A stretch of 64,000 nucleotides of DNA. It comes from a virus. Position 1 is the first letter of the stretch; every line of letters begins with the position of its first letter. Made by a program: the position numbers and the translations under genes. Under the pieces are notes generated by a model. The model was not told the origin of the DNA. It searched no databases and saw only the letters and a program-made list of their open reading frames with translations. Location of the stretch: positions 1 to 64,000 of the IMG/VR virus record IMGVR_UViG_3300025530_000001, one strand, 5' to 3'. This document shows, one piece after another, positions 7,910-16,018 of this stretch.

Positions 7910-8513
7910 GCTGCACCACCTCCTTTAGATATCCATGTTTCTTTGCATCCTTGATGAACATCTCCCAGCCCTTATCGGTCAGGCCTACCCAGAAGCCATA
8001 ATCAACTCCTGATACACGTCTGCCTTTATAGGTCCGGCTGCCACGAGATGTGTATCCACGGAGAACTCCAAGTTCAATCAGCTGATCAATATCGCTATGC
8101 CAGGCTGCATGCAACTTGAAGCTGTTGAAGAAGATCAGGTTCTTGCGATTGATCATCTTTTTGGAGTTCAAACCATACTTCTTGGCGATCTCCATGCCAA
8201 TCTCACGGAAGATGTAGCGGGTTCCGTTGTTCTCTTGCATGTACAAGAGGAACAATGGGTCGCCATCTTCTTCGAGCTTTTTGGCACGTGCCACACGTTC
8301 GCCGAACTCGTCATGAACAGAAACAAGCACGTACTCTGGATTGACCTTGAGTATATGGTCCATCCATTCCCGTGCTTGCCCGTATGACAGATCCCGATTT
8401 GTCGTGAGAACATGGTATGGCGGCCCCTTCTCCTGGAAGGTAACCGTAAATGTCCCGTGATCATCAGGCTTAATGATGACATGAACATGTATTACAGGGT
8501 ATTGGTAGTCCAT
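7902..8513 (-). CDS. hypothetical protein with C-terminal winged-helix-like region
   Basis: 203 aa with GAGGTG RBS. C-terminal LIELGVLRGYTS...YGFWVGLTDKGWEM resembles a MarR-type wHTH (weak). Confidence 0.6.
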   Translation of the reverse strand: MDYQYPVIHVHVIIKPDDHGTFTVTFQEKGPPYHVLTTNRDLSYGQAREWMDHILKVNPEYVLVSVHDEFGERVARAKKLEEDGDPLFLLYMQENNGTRYIFREIGMEIAKKYGLNSKKMINRKNLIFFNSFKLHAAWHSDIDQLIELGVLRGYTSRGSRTYKGRRVSGVDYGFWVGLTDKGWEMFIKDAKKHGYLKEVVQHV

Positions 8514-8587
8514 ACAATCACCTCATATCGATAGTGGTTTTGCATGGTCTGCCCAATACAAAGCAGGAACACCTTGGTGAATCACAA

Positions 8588-8623
8588 CCGTTGAATGATG
8601 AACTCTAATGAGGGGGCGAATGC
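8588..8623. repeat. left arm of long-range inverted repeat bracketing the RNAP gene
   Basis: CCGTTGAATGATGAACTCTAATGAGGGGGCGAATGC. 32 of 37 positions are complementary to 12476-12512. Confidence 0.8.
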
Positions 8624-8645
8624 CGCTCCCCGATTAGATGGCTAT

Positions 8646-11600
8646 TTAGATAGCCTGAACATCCGTGACTTTAACAGTCACAGTGTGCTTTCCGTTAAAG
8701 CTGCAGGAGTCAACAATTGCACGCAACTGCTTATGACCCGCTACGAACGGAAGAGCAGTATACAGAGCCCAGCCAGTCAACACCTCACGGCCGTTTACAG
8801 GAACGTAAACGTTGTAAAGGGTGTTGCGAGTACGTGGCGAAATCTCGGCCTTCACAATGATCTCCTTGTGCTCATTGATATAAGCAGCAAGCTTCTCGCC
8901 GTTGCGGCCGTTCTCCAGGGCAAATGCCATGGTGAATGCGCCACGCTCGAACTGATACGGATTCACAGTAGACTCCGCATTGCCCGATGCCAACGCAACA
9001 GCTTCAAGCAATTGACGCTTGAATACTGTCCAAGGAAGGCTCAGGCCACGAAGACGAGTCACTTCACCGTCTTCGTTCAGTTCTGGCTTGCGGTTCTGTG
9101 TATACGTCACGTAATATGCAACGTATCCGATGTGCTCTGGACGGTAGGCTGCTTCCAACGCTGTTGCTTGTCCTTGGAAATACTCAAGGATGTCTGACCA
9201 CTCAGCTCTGCGCAGCTCCTCGATTTCTTCAAACTTCTCAGCGTGCATATGTTCAGGCAAGTTTTGCATCACCCACTTCTTGCGCTCATTCTCAAGATCC
9301 GAGATTTCGGTGACAGCATCAATGTATTCGCCACGGATGGCTTTAACACGTTGCTCGATCAGCTCGAATGTTGCCGGATCAATCGAAATGGCGGCAGTCA
9401 GCTCGCCGAGAATGTTTGCTTGCTCATAGAAGCTGTGCTTCATCTTGCCGTCTTCAATCGAAAGACCATTTGCTTTCGCTTGGAGATCGGCAATGCGAGG
9501 ATCCAGATTCTCTTTCACCCAATCCTTGATGAAGTTATGCAACTTATCAAGTGTCGAGTGAGTCGAGACTCCATGTTTACCCTTGCGGGATGCCAGGAAT
9601 TGAGGAGTTCTCCATTTCCGCTTACCCGATTTTTCATCAAAGTACGATGCGAAATAAGGAGGGTTGGAGATAAACTCCAATTTAGCCGCCAGCTGTTCCT
9701 CATAGGCTCCACCGTGTTTTGCACGGTCGATCTCCCAGCCTTGCACCAGGCGGAGAAGGTCAATATATTCTTGATACTTGACCATCTCATGCTTCAGCAT
9801 GGCCAGTTGATTAGGAGTCCACTTGCACGGCTTGCCATGCTCATCGATCGATTCATCAATCATCTGACGAATCTTTCTGATGGCATTAGCGAGCTGAGTA
9901 GCCTTATTAGTCATGAAACCAATCTTGTTTGGATTCATAGTGAGAATCACATACTCGATTGAATATTCATGAATGGCTTGTACCAGCTCTTCAGTGTATT
10001 GATCATCACGGAAAACCACGGTATAATCAGAAGCCGAGACACAATCTGCACCGAACTCGAACTTGTCTGCTTCACCAGACTTGTTCATTGGGTAAGGGCA
10101 GCCGGTCTCAAAGCTTCTGATGGAGCCGTCGTCTTTGCGCTCAAAGTAGAGATCCAACACGGGAATGTAAGATTTGCTTTGAGCGGCCGTGACGATGGCT
10201 TCTTCCGTAATGGTCAAGCACGTATCGCCGTCGTTGTCAGCTCCACCCATAGCATACGTATTGTAATCATGCACGCTCATCACGCACAGATTACGGAACG
10301 CATGCATACGAGTTGCTGCGACATAATTGCTCGGCGCCACGCAATCAACCAGTCTTGCTTCACCATTGGTGATCGCAGGGTTGCGTGCCAAGACGACCTT
10401 ACGATCTACCATTGGTTTCAGAGAACGATCAAGCAAGAATACCTCATTCGCTCTCATGCCAATGTTTGCAGGCACGATGAGTTCCCCATCCTCGTTGCGC
10501 ATCCCGATTCTATGAGCTTCAAGAATCGCATATGGATCTTGCACCATAAAGCGATAATGCCCATCCACCGGGATCGTCGAGTTCACCCATTTGTTTACCT
10601 CTTGACGCAGCAATTCGATTGCCCATTGCTGCATCATTGCGTCTTTATGGACGAATGCATTCTCTCCACGACCAGCGTAAAGGAACGCACCAAAGGTAGT
10701 CACAATGGACTTCTTGAGGAGGTATTCTTTCTCGTCTTCATCGAGTCCGCTCATGTCGTTCAGAGCTGCGACACCTGCACGCTTCGCCAATGCTACAGGA
10801 TCATCCAGGTCCGCCAGCAAGGAGTTGAGATTCTTCTCAACAATTCCCTTCAGCACATCATAGCTCAATGGCAAGATATGCGAGAATTGATAAGGCAGAA
10901 TCGTCTTCTCCTTTGTTTGCGCCATGCTCTTATTGAACAAGGCAATGCGGAGTTGAGTGTCGAACTTATGGCAGATCGTGCGAAGATCGCCTTTCATCGC
11001 CGATTTCGTCACTACGATGTTTGCATCATAGTATTTGCGCAGGCCAGGTACGAATACCATAAGACCTTTAGCAAACGGCGTCAGGCGAATCTGCCATGCA
11101 TCAGAATCTTCACCGAATTCTGCAAGCAATGCTTGATAGATTTCCTCATCGCAGAAGATGAGTCCATCACCAGCCGGCAGTTTCAGCGGTACTTCCGATG
11201 CATCGAACGTGTGGAACGAGCCGGTATCCTTATCAAAGGCTTTGTACTTGCCACTGTTGACCATTGCGAATGCATCTTCAATGACTTCAATGGTGTACAA
11301 GCCGCCTTCGATGCGGTAGCCATGTGCTGTATTGCGATACTCTTTCCCGAAAGAAATCGTTTCGCTAGGCACTGTGCTCGTGCCGGCCAGACCAATACGC
11401 TTGAGGTACTTTGTAATATCGAGTACCCAAACAGATTGACCATGGACCACTTTCCGCTTAGCAAATGCCAGGAGATCCATGCCCAAAGCAGCAAATGCTT
11501 CTGGAACCGACATGAATTCCTCATCCAGAAATACTGCTTGCAGCAAACGAGACTGACTTGCAGTTTGCAGGAAGAAGACCGCATGTCTGAGCTCTCCTGT

Positions 11601-12419
11601 TTCCCGGTTCACATACCAGAAGCCTTCACGAAGAATTCGATTACGTGCTTCGATCTGTGCCAGAATTGCAGGATCATTCTCCTTGCCTTCCGGGATCTCA
11701 ATGTTCAGATCCACATAATGGACATGATCCATGATATCCACGACCCGCTCCACAATGATGTCTTTGCCCTTCGACTTGCGACGGAATGCGACAGTGACAT
11801 CACGTTGCGCTGCGAGTGTGTCGGAAAGCGCAGATTGAGATTGCGTGCGGTACGCTGTGTTCTTACCGGTATAGCCATAGTCTCCATAAATCAGAGACGA
11901 CTCAAACCGATCAGCTGCCTCGTTGAACTTGATGTTCTTCAAGGAGCCTGCAGCGACCAGCACCATGTTGCGCTTTGGACGCTGAAGCTTACGAGCAACC
12001 TTGTTGGTCAAGAGGAATTCCTCGAACCAATGAGCTTGCGCCGGATGAATGCCTGCATATTCCACAGGATTATGCAAGATATCCGAGATCGAGATACCTT
12101 CAGCGCATGCAGCCACTACCTTCTTGAAGTTGGTAGTGTTCTCATGGATACCTGGTGCTTTGCGGAGTTCTCGGATGATCGCCTGGTAAGTACGCAGCTC
12201 CTCGCCAGTCATGCGATCCAAACGCTTGGCTTCTTCGTAACGAGCAATTGCTGCACGAGTTGCCTTCTTCAGACCACGTTGGATTTCACGACGACGACGT
12301 GCTTCCTCACGAGCGATAGCGTATTTGATGAACGCTTCCTCGTTCTCCATGCAGAAGACTGGTACTTCATGACGTTGAGACTTGGACTCCAGAGTTTTAG
12401 CAAGTGTCTTATTATTCAT
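8646..12419 (-). CDS. single-chain two-barrel RNA polymerase candidate (YonO / eukaryotic-type RdRP-like)
   Basis: 1,257 aa with GGGAGG RBS 10 nt upstream of ATG 12417-12419. Motifs: FFLQTASQSR (11547-11576), AGDGLIF, WQIRLTPFAKGLMVFVP (11064-11096 core), VLARNPAITNGEARLV (about 10347-10394), GGADNDGD (DNDGD at 10224-10238). Confidence 0.7.
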   Translation of the reverse strand: MNNKTLAKTLESKSQRHEVPVFCMENEEAFIKYAIAREEARRRREIQRGLKKATRAAIARYEEAKRLDRMTGEELRTYQAIIRELRKAPGIHENTTNFKKVVAACAEGISISDILHNPVEYAGIHPAQAHWFEEFLLTNKVARKLQRPKRNMVLVAAGSLKNIKFNEAADRFESSLIYGDYGYTGKNTAYRTQSQSALSDTLAAQRDVTVAFRRKSKGKDIIVERVVDIMDHVHYVDLNIEIPEGKENDPAILAQIEARNRILREGFWYVNRETGELRHAVFFLQTASQSRLLQAVFLDEEFMSVPEAFAALGMDLLAFAKRKVVHGQSVWVLDITKYLKRIGLAGTSTVPSETISFGKEYRNTAHGYRIEGGLYTIEVIEDAFAMVNSGKYKAFDKDTGSFHTFDASEVPLKLPAGDGLIFCDEEIYQALLAEFGEDSDAWQIRLTPFAKGLMVFVPGLRKYYDANIVVTKSAMKGDLRTICHKFDTQLRIALFNKSMAQTKEKTILPYQFSHILPLSYDVLKGIVEKNLNSLLADLDDPVALAKRAGVAALNDMSGLDEDEKEYLLKKSIVTTFGAFLYAGRGENAFVHKDAMMQQWAIELLRQEVNKWVNSTIPVDGHYRFMVQDPYAILEAHRIGMRNEDGELIVPANIGMRANEVFLLDRSLKPMVDRKVVLARNPAITNGEARLVDCVAPSNYVAATRMHAFRNLCVMSVHDYNTYAMGGADNDGDTCLTITEEAIVTAAQSKSYIPVLDLYFERKDDGSIRSFETGCPYPMNKSGEADKFEFGADCVSASDYTVVFRDDQYTEELVQAIHEYSIEYVILTMNPNKIGFMTNKATQLANAIRKIRQMIDESIDEHGKPCKWTPNQLAMLKHEMVKYQEYIDLLRLVQGWEIDRAKHGGAYEEQLAAKLEFISNPPYFASYFDEKSGKRKWRTPQFLASRKGKHGVSTHSTLDKLHNFIKDWVKENLDPRIADLQAKANGLSIEDGKMKHSFYEQANILGELTAAISIDPATFELIEQRVKAIRGEYIDAVTEISDLENERKKWVMQNLPEHMHAEKFEEIEELRRAEWSDILEYFQGQATALEAAYRPEHIGYVAYYVTYTQNRKPELNEDGEVTRLRGLSLPWTVFKRQLLEAVALASGNAESTVNPYQFERGAFTMAFALENGRNGEKLAAYINEHKEIIVKAEISPRTRNTLYNVYVPVNGREVLTGWALYTALPFVAGHKQLRAIVDSCSFNGKHTVTVKVTDVQAI

Positions 12420-12475
12420 AGTGAATATTCCTCCCTGATTATTGTTTGGTGTGTGATGAATAGTCAGGGAAGCAA

Positions 12476-12512
12476 GCACTCGCCCGCCTCATTAGAGCTC
12501 GCCATTCAACGG
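12476..12512. repeat. right arm of long-range inverted repeat bracketing the RNAP gene
   Basis: GCACTCGCCCGCCTCATTAGAGCTCGCCATTCAACGG. Lies 57 nt upstream of the RNAP start codon. Confidence 0.8.
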
Positions 12513-12838
12513 ATACAACCCCTGGGAGTTTCCGACCTACAGGGGAGGTTCCACAATCCTTGGGTGTTCCCTATACCGGGGGAATGTGGACACTTACTAC
12601 CCGGTACAGGTGCCATGGATTGTTACGTAGACATTGAGCCCATAGCCCACCCAATGCATACGGCAAGTCTTCCGTGATTCACTGGCCATGTGAAGACTTG
12701 GCTTAAGCCATAGCCAGATAAGGTGACACTACTCACCCCCACATACGTCACCTAAATAGGTGGGGGAGGGGAAAGCCAGTAGTAGGGGTCTATCATTTCA
12801 CCCTATAACCAGCAATCCCATTGGATGCACCATAGCTG
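12513..12838 (-). ncRNA. candidate structured leader / ncRNA with three tandem H-type pseudoknot arrangements
   Basis: No ORF. Interleaved perfect stems: 12550-55/12585-90 with 12574-80/12600-06; 12664-72/12692-700 with 12682-86/12713-17; 12721-27/12747-53 with 12736-42/12760-66. Also hairpin 12519-24/12540-45. Confidence 0.35.
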
Positions 12839-13390
12839 TTAGGCTACAATGCATGCTGCGACCGCACCCCATGCAAAGGTTGCGATCTTAAACACCAGCC
12901 CTGCAAGCATCAAAGCAAGCATGCCAATGTAAACAAAGGCTGCTGGTGCAACTGCGCCAACAATGCCGGCCATAAGGGCTTTCTTGATAGCGCCGTTCTT
13001 CTTGCGATTCCGGATGTACTCCAGGATCGCTGCACTGACACCGCCAACGATGACTGATCCCACAAGAGAGCTAGTCATCATGGCAGCAGCTAATGCAGAA
13101 ACAGTTCCTACAGCAATTGATGCCTTGTCAGAATCTGCTTCTACTTTCGATTGCATCGCCTTGACAGGGTTGCTGCCGAGCTTCTCGTTGAAGAACCTTT
13201 GGAAGCGTCCAGTTGCAGCTGCTACTCCTTCCTTGGCAGTCTGTACAGACTCCTTGAAGGTTGCTCCTGCCATCGTTGCAGATCCAGCTTTGGTGGCCTG
13301 TGCAGTGCTGATACGGTACACAAGGCGACCAATGTTGCCGAGCACAAACACCTTCATGGTTTCTGCTGTGGATGCGAATTGGTTTTTCAT
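12839..13390 (-). CDS. membrane protein (Ala/Gly-rich, C-terminal TM helices)
   Basis: 183 aa with AAAGGAGAG RBS. TM-like stretches LVGSVIVGGVSAAIL, GIVGAVAPAAFVYIGMLALMLAGLVF and WGAVAACIVA. Confidence 0.7.
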   Translation of the reverse strand: MKNQFASTAETMKVFVLGNIGRLVYRISTAQATKAGSATMAGATFKESVQTAKEGVAAATGRFQRFFNEKLGSNPVKAMQSKVEADSDKASIAVGTVSALAAAMMTSSLVGSVIVGGVSAAILEYIRNRKKNGAIKKALMAGIVGAVAPAAFVYIGMLALMLAGLVFKIATFAWGAVAACIVA

Positions 13391-13498
13391 AGAAGATCTC
13401 TCCTTTGCCCTTTCGGGCTTGATAGTGTGACAGTTACGGCTTGTCAGGCCCCCAGGAGCTCCCCCTGAGTATTACACCGCCTATGGCTGCGGTAATCT

Positions 13499-13562
13499 CC
13501 CACTCTGCGTTTACCAGGGCTTGTGACCTGCACCATAAAGGTGGCCGCATTAAGAGAGGGGG
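13499..13562. repeat. conserved ~65-nt intercistronic element, copy 1
   Basis: CCCACTCTGCGTTTAC-CA-GGGCTTGTGACC-[CACC ataaa GGTG hairpin]-GCCGCATTA-purine tract. Starts 5 nt after the stop of the HExxH gene in the sense direction. Confidence 0.7.
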
Positions 13563-13567
13563 GAAAG

Positions 13568-14020
13568 TTATGCCCCCTGAATGATCTTGATTCTTCTCTT
13601 GATCTCCTTGTTCGGATAAACACTGTAGAGCTCTTGAAGCGCATGAATCATACGCCCCTTACCAACCTTGCTGACAGCATAGGCGTCTGCTTCAACTTCG
13701 TTGGCATACACCTTCCCAAAGAGGGAGGCCAGAATGCGACGGCGCAAAGAGGATCTGTGCTTCAGGACAAGATGAGCCTCTTCATGGTAAACAATTGCTT
13801 CCTGTGTCTCCGGGGAGAGCTTGAGGAAATCGTCATCCACTGCAATGAATTGCTCACCATTCGTCAGCTCAACAGCGACAGCGAACTTGAAACCATTTGC
13901 CATGACAAAATCCTTATCACGGACGACAAGTCGTTCACCAACCTGAACAAAAGAAGGGAACCAAATGTAGCGTTGCTGTAATCTCTTAATGGCCTTTCTC
14001 ATTTCGATGAATTTCTTCAT
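13568..14020 (-). CDS. HExxH zinc metallopeptidase (ImmA/IrrE-like size and motif)
   Basis: 150 aa with IVYHEEAHLVLKH motif. AAAGGAG RBS 9 nt upstream. Confidence 0.6.
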   Translation of the reverse strand: MKKFIEMRKAIKRLQQRYIWFPSFVQVGERLVVRDKDFVMANGFKFAVAVELTNGEQFIAVDDDFLKLSPETQEAIVYHEEAHLVLKHRSSLRRRILASLFGKVYANEVEADAYAVSKVGKGRMIHALQELYSVYPNKEIKRRIKIIQGA

Positions 14021-14050
14021 AGTGAATTGCTCCTTTCGATTTATTGTTTT

Positions 14051-14117
14051 CCCACTCTGCGTTTACACGGGCTTGTGACCGTTACCTATACAGGTAGCCG
14101 CATTAGGAAAGAAGGGA
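14051..14117. repeat. conserved ~65-nt intercistronic element, copy 2
   Basis: CCCACTCTGCGTTTAC-AC-GGGCTTGTGACC-[GTTACC tataca GGTAGC hairpin]-GCCGCATTA-purine tract. Starts 6 nt after the stop of the 14124 gene. Confidence 0.7.
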
Positions 14118-14123
14118 GCCAAG

Positions 14124-14339
14124 TTAGGAAACCTGGCTCTTTGAGTTGCCCTCAACGGCTCTCCATAGCACAATGGAATAGCCCTCAGCATCGTAGTCGA
14201 GAACTGCCTTCTCCTCCTTGATCTGGTTCTTGATTGTGGCAGGATGAAATCCTTGTCTCATCAGATCTCCAAATCGGATAGCCACACCTTTGGACTTTGC
14301 GTACTCGAACACCTTTGCCAACTGTTGTTTCTTGCTCAT
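14124..14339 (-). CDS. small winged-helix DNA-binding-like protein
   Basis: 71 aa from ATG 14337-14339 (AAGGAGG 9 nt upstream). LAKVFEYAKSKGVAIRFGDLMRQGFHPATIKNQI...GYSIV resembles the AbiEi-N/wHTH pattern (weak). Confidence 0.5.
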   Translation of the reverse strand: MSKKQQLAKVFEYAKSKGVAIRFGDLMRQGFHPATIKNQIKEEKAVLDYDAEGYSIVLWRAVEGNSKSQVS

Positions 14340-14353
14340 ACGAATCATCCTCC

Positions 14354-14629
14354 TTAGTTATTGATTGCTACTGGGATCTCAATGACAGTGCCAGCCATGA
14401 TGGATGCTCCACCAATACGTTGGGAAGCCATACGGACCAGAAGACGAACATCTCCTTCATAATCAGGATTGTAACGCCTTACAAGTGACCACAGTGTGTC
14501 ACCGGGCTCCACCACCACTGCTTCATAGGTGTATTGCACTGAGTTATCATTCGCCCCCAAGAGACATCCGGACGACAAAGCAACAACACCTGCGACAATT
14601 GCGGCAACAGCAAAACGACGGATCTTCAT
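14354..14629 (-). CDS. LysM-domain lipoprotein
   Basis: 91 aa from ATG 14627-14629 (AAAGGAG RBS). Signal peptide with lipobox LSSGC. LysM-like VVEPGDTLWSLVRRYN...IMAGTVIEIP. Confidence 0.7.
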   Translation of the reverse strand: MKIRRFAVAAIVAGVVALSSGCLLGANDNSVQYTYEAVVVEPGDTLWSLVRRYNPDYEGDVRLLVRMASQRIGGASIMAGTVIEIPVAINN

Positions 14630-14936
14630 GGTAATCTCCTTTCGATATGCACTTTCCTGGGTGAGTGCGAACCATATTTTTGGCACGACAGCCCCATGTC
14701 CAGGACCTGGAGCTATAAGGGGTGGGGCTCCGAACGTCGAGGACATCGGCGCTATAGATGCCTACTACCTCTCGCAATTTTTTTGAAAATTTTGCCCCAT
14801 ATAGGGCTTTCCATAGGTTTTGATTAATAGGGGTATCCTGAAAAATTTTTTTATAAAAATTTTCTGGCCATATAGGAACTTGGGGTAAACTAGGGATAAA
14901 ATAAAAAATAAAGAAGTTGACGAAGGGAGCCGTCAC
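14630..14936. promoter_or_regulatory. divergent control region between leftward and rightward gene blocks
   Basis: Strand switch. The left part is GC-rich with nested stems (AGCCCCA/TGGGGCT). The right part is AT-rich with A/T tracts (14840-14864) and CCATATAGG copies at 14797-14805 and 14868-14876. Confidence 0.5.
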
Positions 14937-15284
14937 ATGAGAAAAGAGATCGAGTTAAAAGATTGCCCGCAGGAATTACAAGATAAAGTCAACTGGATGA
15001 TGGCCAAATTAACAGAGCTCAAGATCCTATCGATTCAGCAATGGATAGCGACGCCATACATAGATAAATCAATCGAGGAATATAGGTACAACGTGTTTTA
15101 TGAGCATGGAACAATTGTTGGGGTAGTCAGTCAAAGAGTGGTTCCTAGCATGCCGATGTTCAGCGAATCAGAAGCATCAGATCGGTGTTTGACACATGGA
15201 GAACTGATTGAAATCGTCAAGCGAAGTGAAACAGCCAGGGATGCTGTCAAATTTGCCATGAAAAACGAAGGAGTTTCAGAATAG
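14937..15284 (+). CDS. hypothetical protein
   Basis: 115 aa with GAAGGGAG RBS 7 nt upstream. Confidence 0.7.
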   Translation: MRKEIELKDCPQELQDKVNWMMAKLTELKILSIQQWIATPYIDKSIEEYRYNVFYEHGTIVGVVSQRVVPSMPMFSESEASDRCLTHGELIEIVKRSETARDAVKFAMKNEGVSE

Positions 15285-15307
15285 TCACCCTATGGGGTGA
15301 TTTTTTA
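15285..15307 (+). terminator. rho-independent terminator
   Basis: TCACCC-tatg-GGGTGA followed by TTTTTTATT. Confidence 0.7.
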
Positions 15308-15344
15308 TTGCCCAAAATAAGAAATAGATTATATAATGGTATTG

Positions 15345-15358
15345 TGTAATGCGTTACA
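15345..15358. promoter_or_regulatory. palindromic motif copy 4 (TGTAATGCGTTACA)
   Basis: Exact motif. TATAAT at 15332-15337, 7 nt upstream. Confidence 0.65.
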
Positions 15359-15378
15359 CAATAGGCAGGTGATGGGTC

Positions 15379-15669
15379 GTGTTGCAAAGCAACATGAGTG
15401 TGCGTGGCAACCCATTATTTGTCGCAGCATCTAAACTGATTGGTTTTGGCAGCGCTGTTGGCAATACGACCACACGAGCGATGCAAAGGATCAAGGCAGA
15501 GAGGGCGGCGGCAAGGGCTGCAGCACAAACACCCAGGAGCTTTGCCTTCGAAGATGGGGACCTGACCTTTTCGATGTCTCAGCGAGAGCTCGATCGGATG
15601 AATAAAAGGCTGCAAAGAAGGAATGCTGCCGGCATGACCGATGCTGAGTTCATCGCCAAGTATCTATAA
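15379..15669 (+). CDS. hypothetical protein
   Basis: 96 aa. GTG start with AGGTGA RBS 6 nt upstream. Confidence 0.55.
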   Translation: MLQSNMSVRGNPLFVAASKLIGFGSAVGNTTTRAMQRIKAERAAARAAAQTPRSFAFEDGDLTFSMSQRELDRMNKRLQRRNAAGMTDAEFIAKYL

Positions 15670-15723
15670 GCAGGTCAGAAGAACCTGGCTCGCTATTACA
15701 TCAAGATAGAGAGGGATTAAGTA

Positions 15724-15951
15724 ATGGGAAGAGGAATACTACCAGTTTCGCATGAGCTGCTGGAACAATTGATTGGACTTAAGGATGGCATTAAAATTCT
15801 AGGAGTCAGAACTGATCCGTTTCGCAATATGGCAGAGATCTTGCTGGAGGGGCCAGAGGAATACAGTCTGCCACATGTAGCGCCTGGAGCAGAACCTCCA
15901 ATGGTCGAACCAGAGGCCGTCCTGCAGATGCATGAACGAGCTTCAGTGTAA
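15724..15951 (+). CDS. hypothetical protein
   Basis: 75 aa with GAGAGGGA RBS region. Confidence 0.55.
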   Translation: MGRGILPVSHELLEQLIGLKDGIKILGVRTDPFRNMAEILLEGPEEYSLPHVAPGAEPPMVEPEAVLQMHERASV

Positions 15952-16018
15952 ATCAGCAATGTTGATATAGGATCAATCCAAACACCAACTAGATTTAGCA
16001 TCACGGGGAGGAAACCAC

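Noticed and set aside
8588-12512. Inverted repeats as terminal repeats of a mobile element carrying the RNAP gene
   Set aside because: No transposase or target-site duplication is seen. The mismatch pattern (three G-U in the sense RNA) favours an RNA-level duplex.
9969-12677. 902-aa plus-strand ORF antisense to the RNAP gene
   Set aside because: It lies entirely antisense to a motif-rich 1,257-aa gene. It has no RBS and a Cys/His/Arg-skewed, low-complexity composition. This is a typical stop-free shadow ORF.
12480-12838. tmRNA hypothesis, because of three tandem pseudoknots
   Set aside because: On neither strand could I find a tRNA-like acceptor/T-arm (GGTTCGA-type loop, 3' CCA context) or a tag ORF ending in an Ala-Ala stop context.
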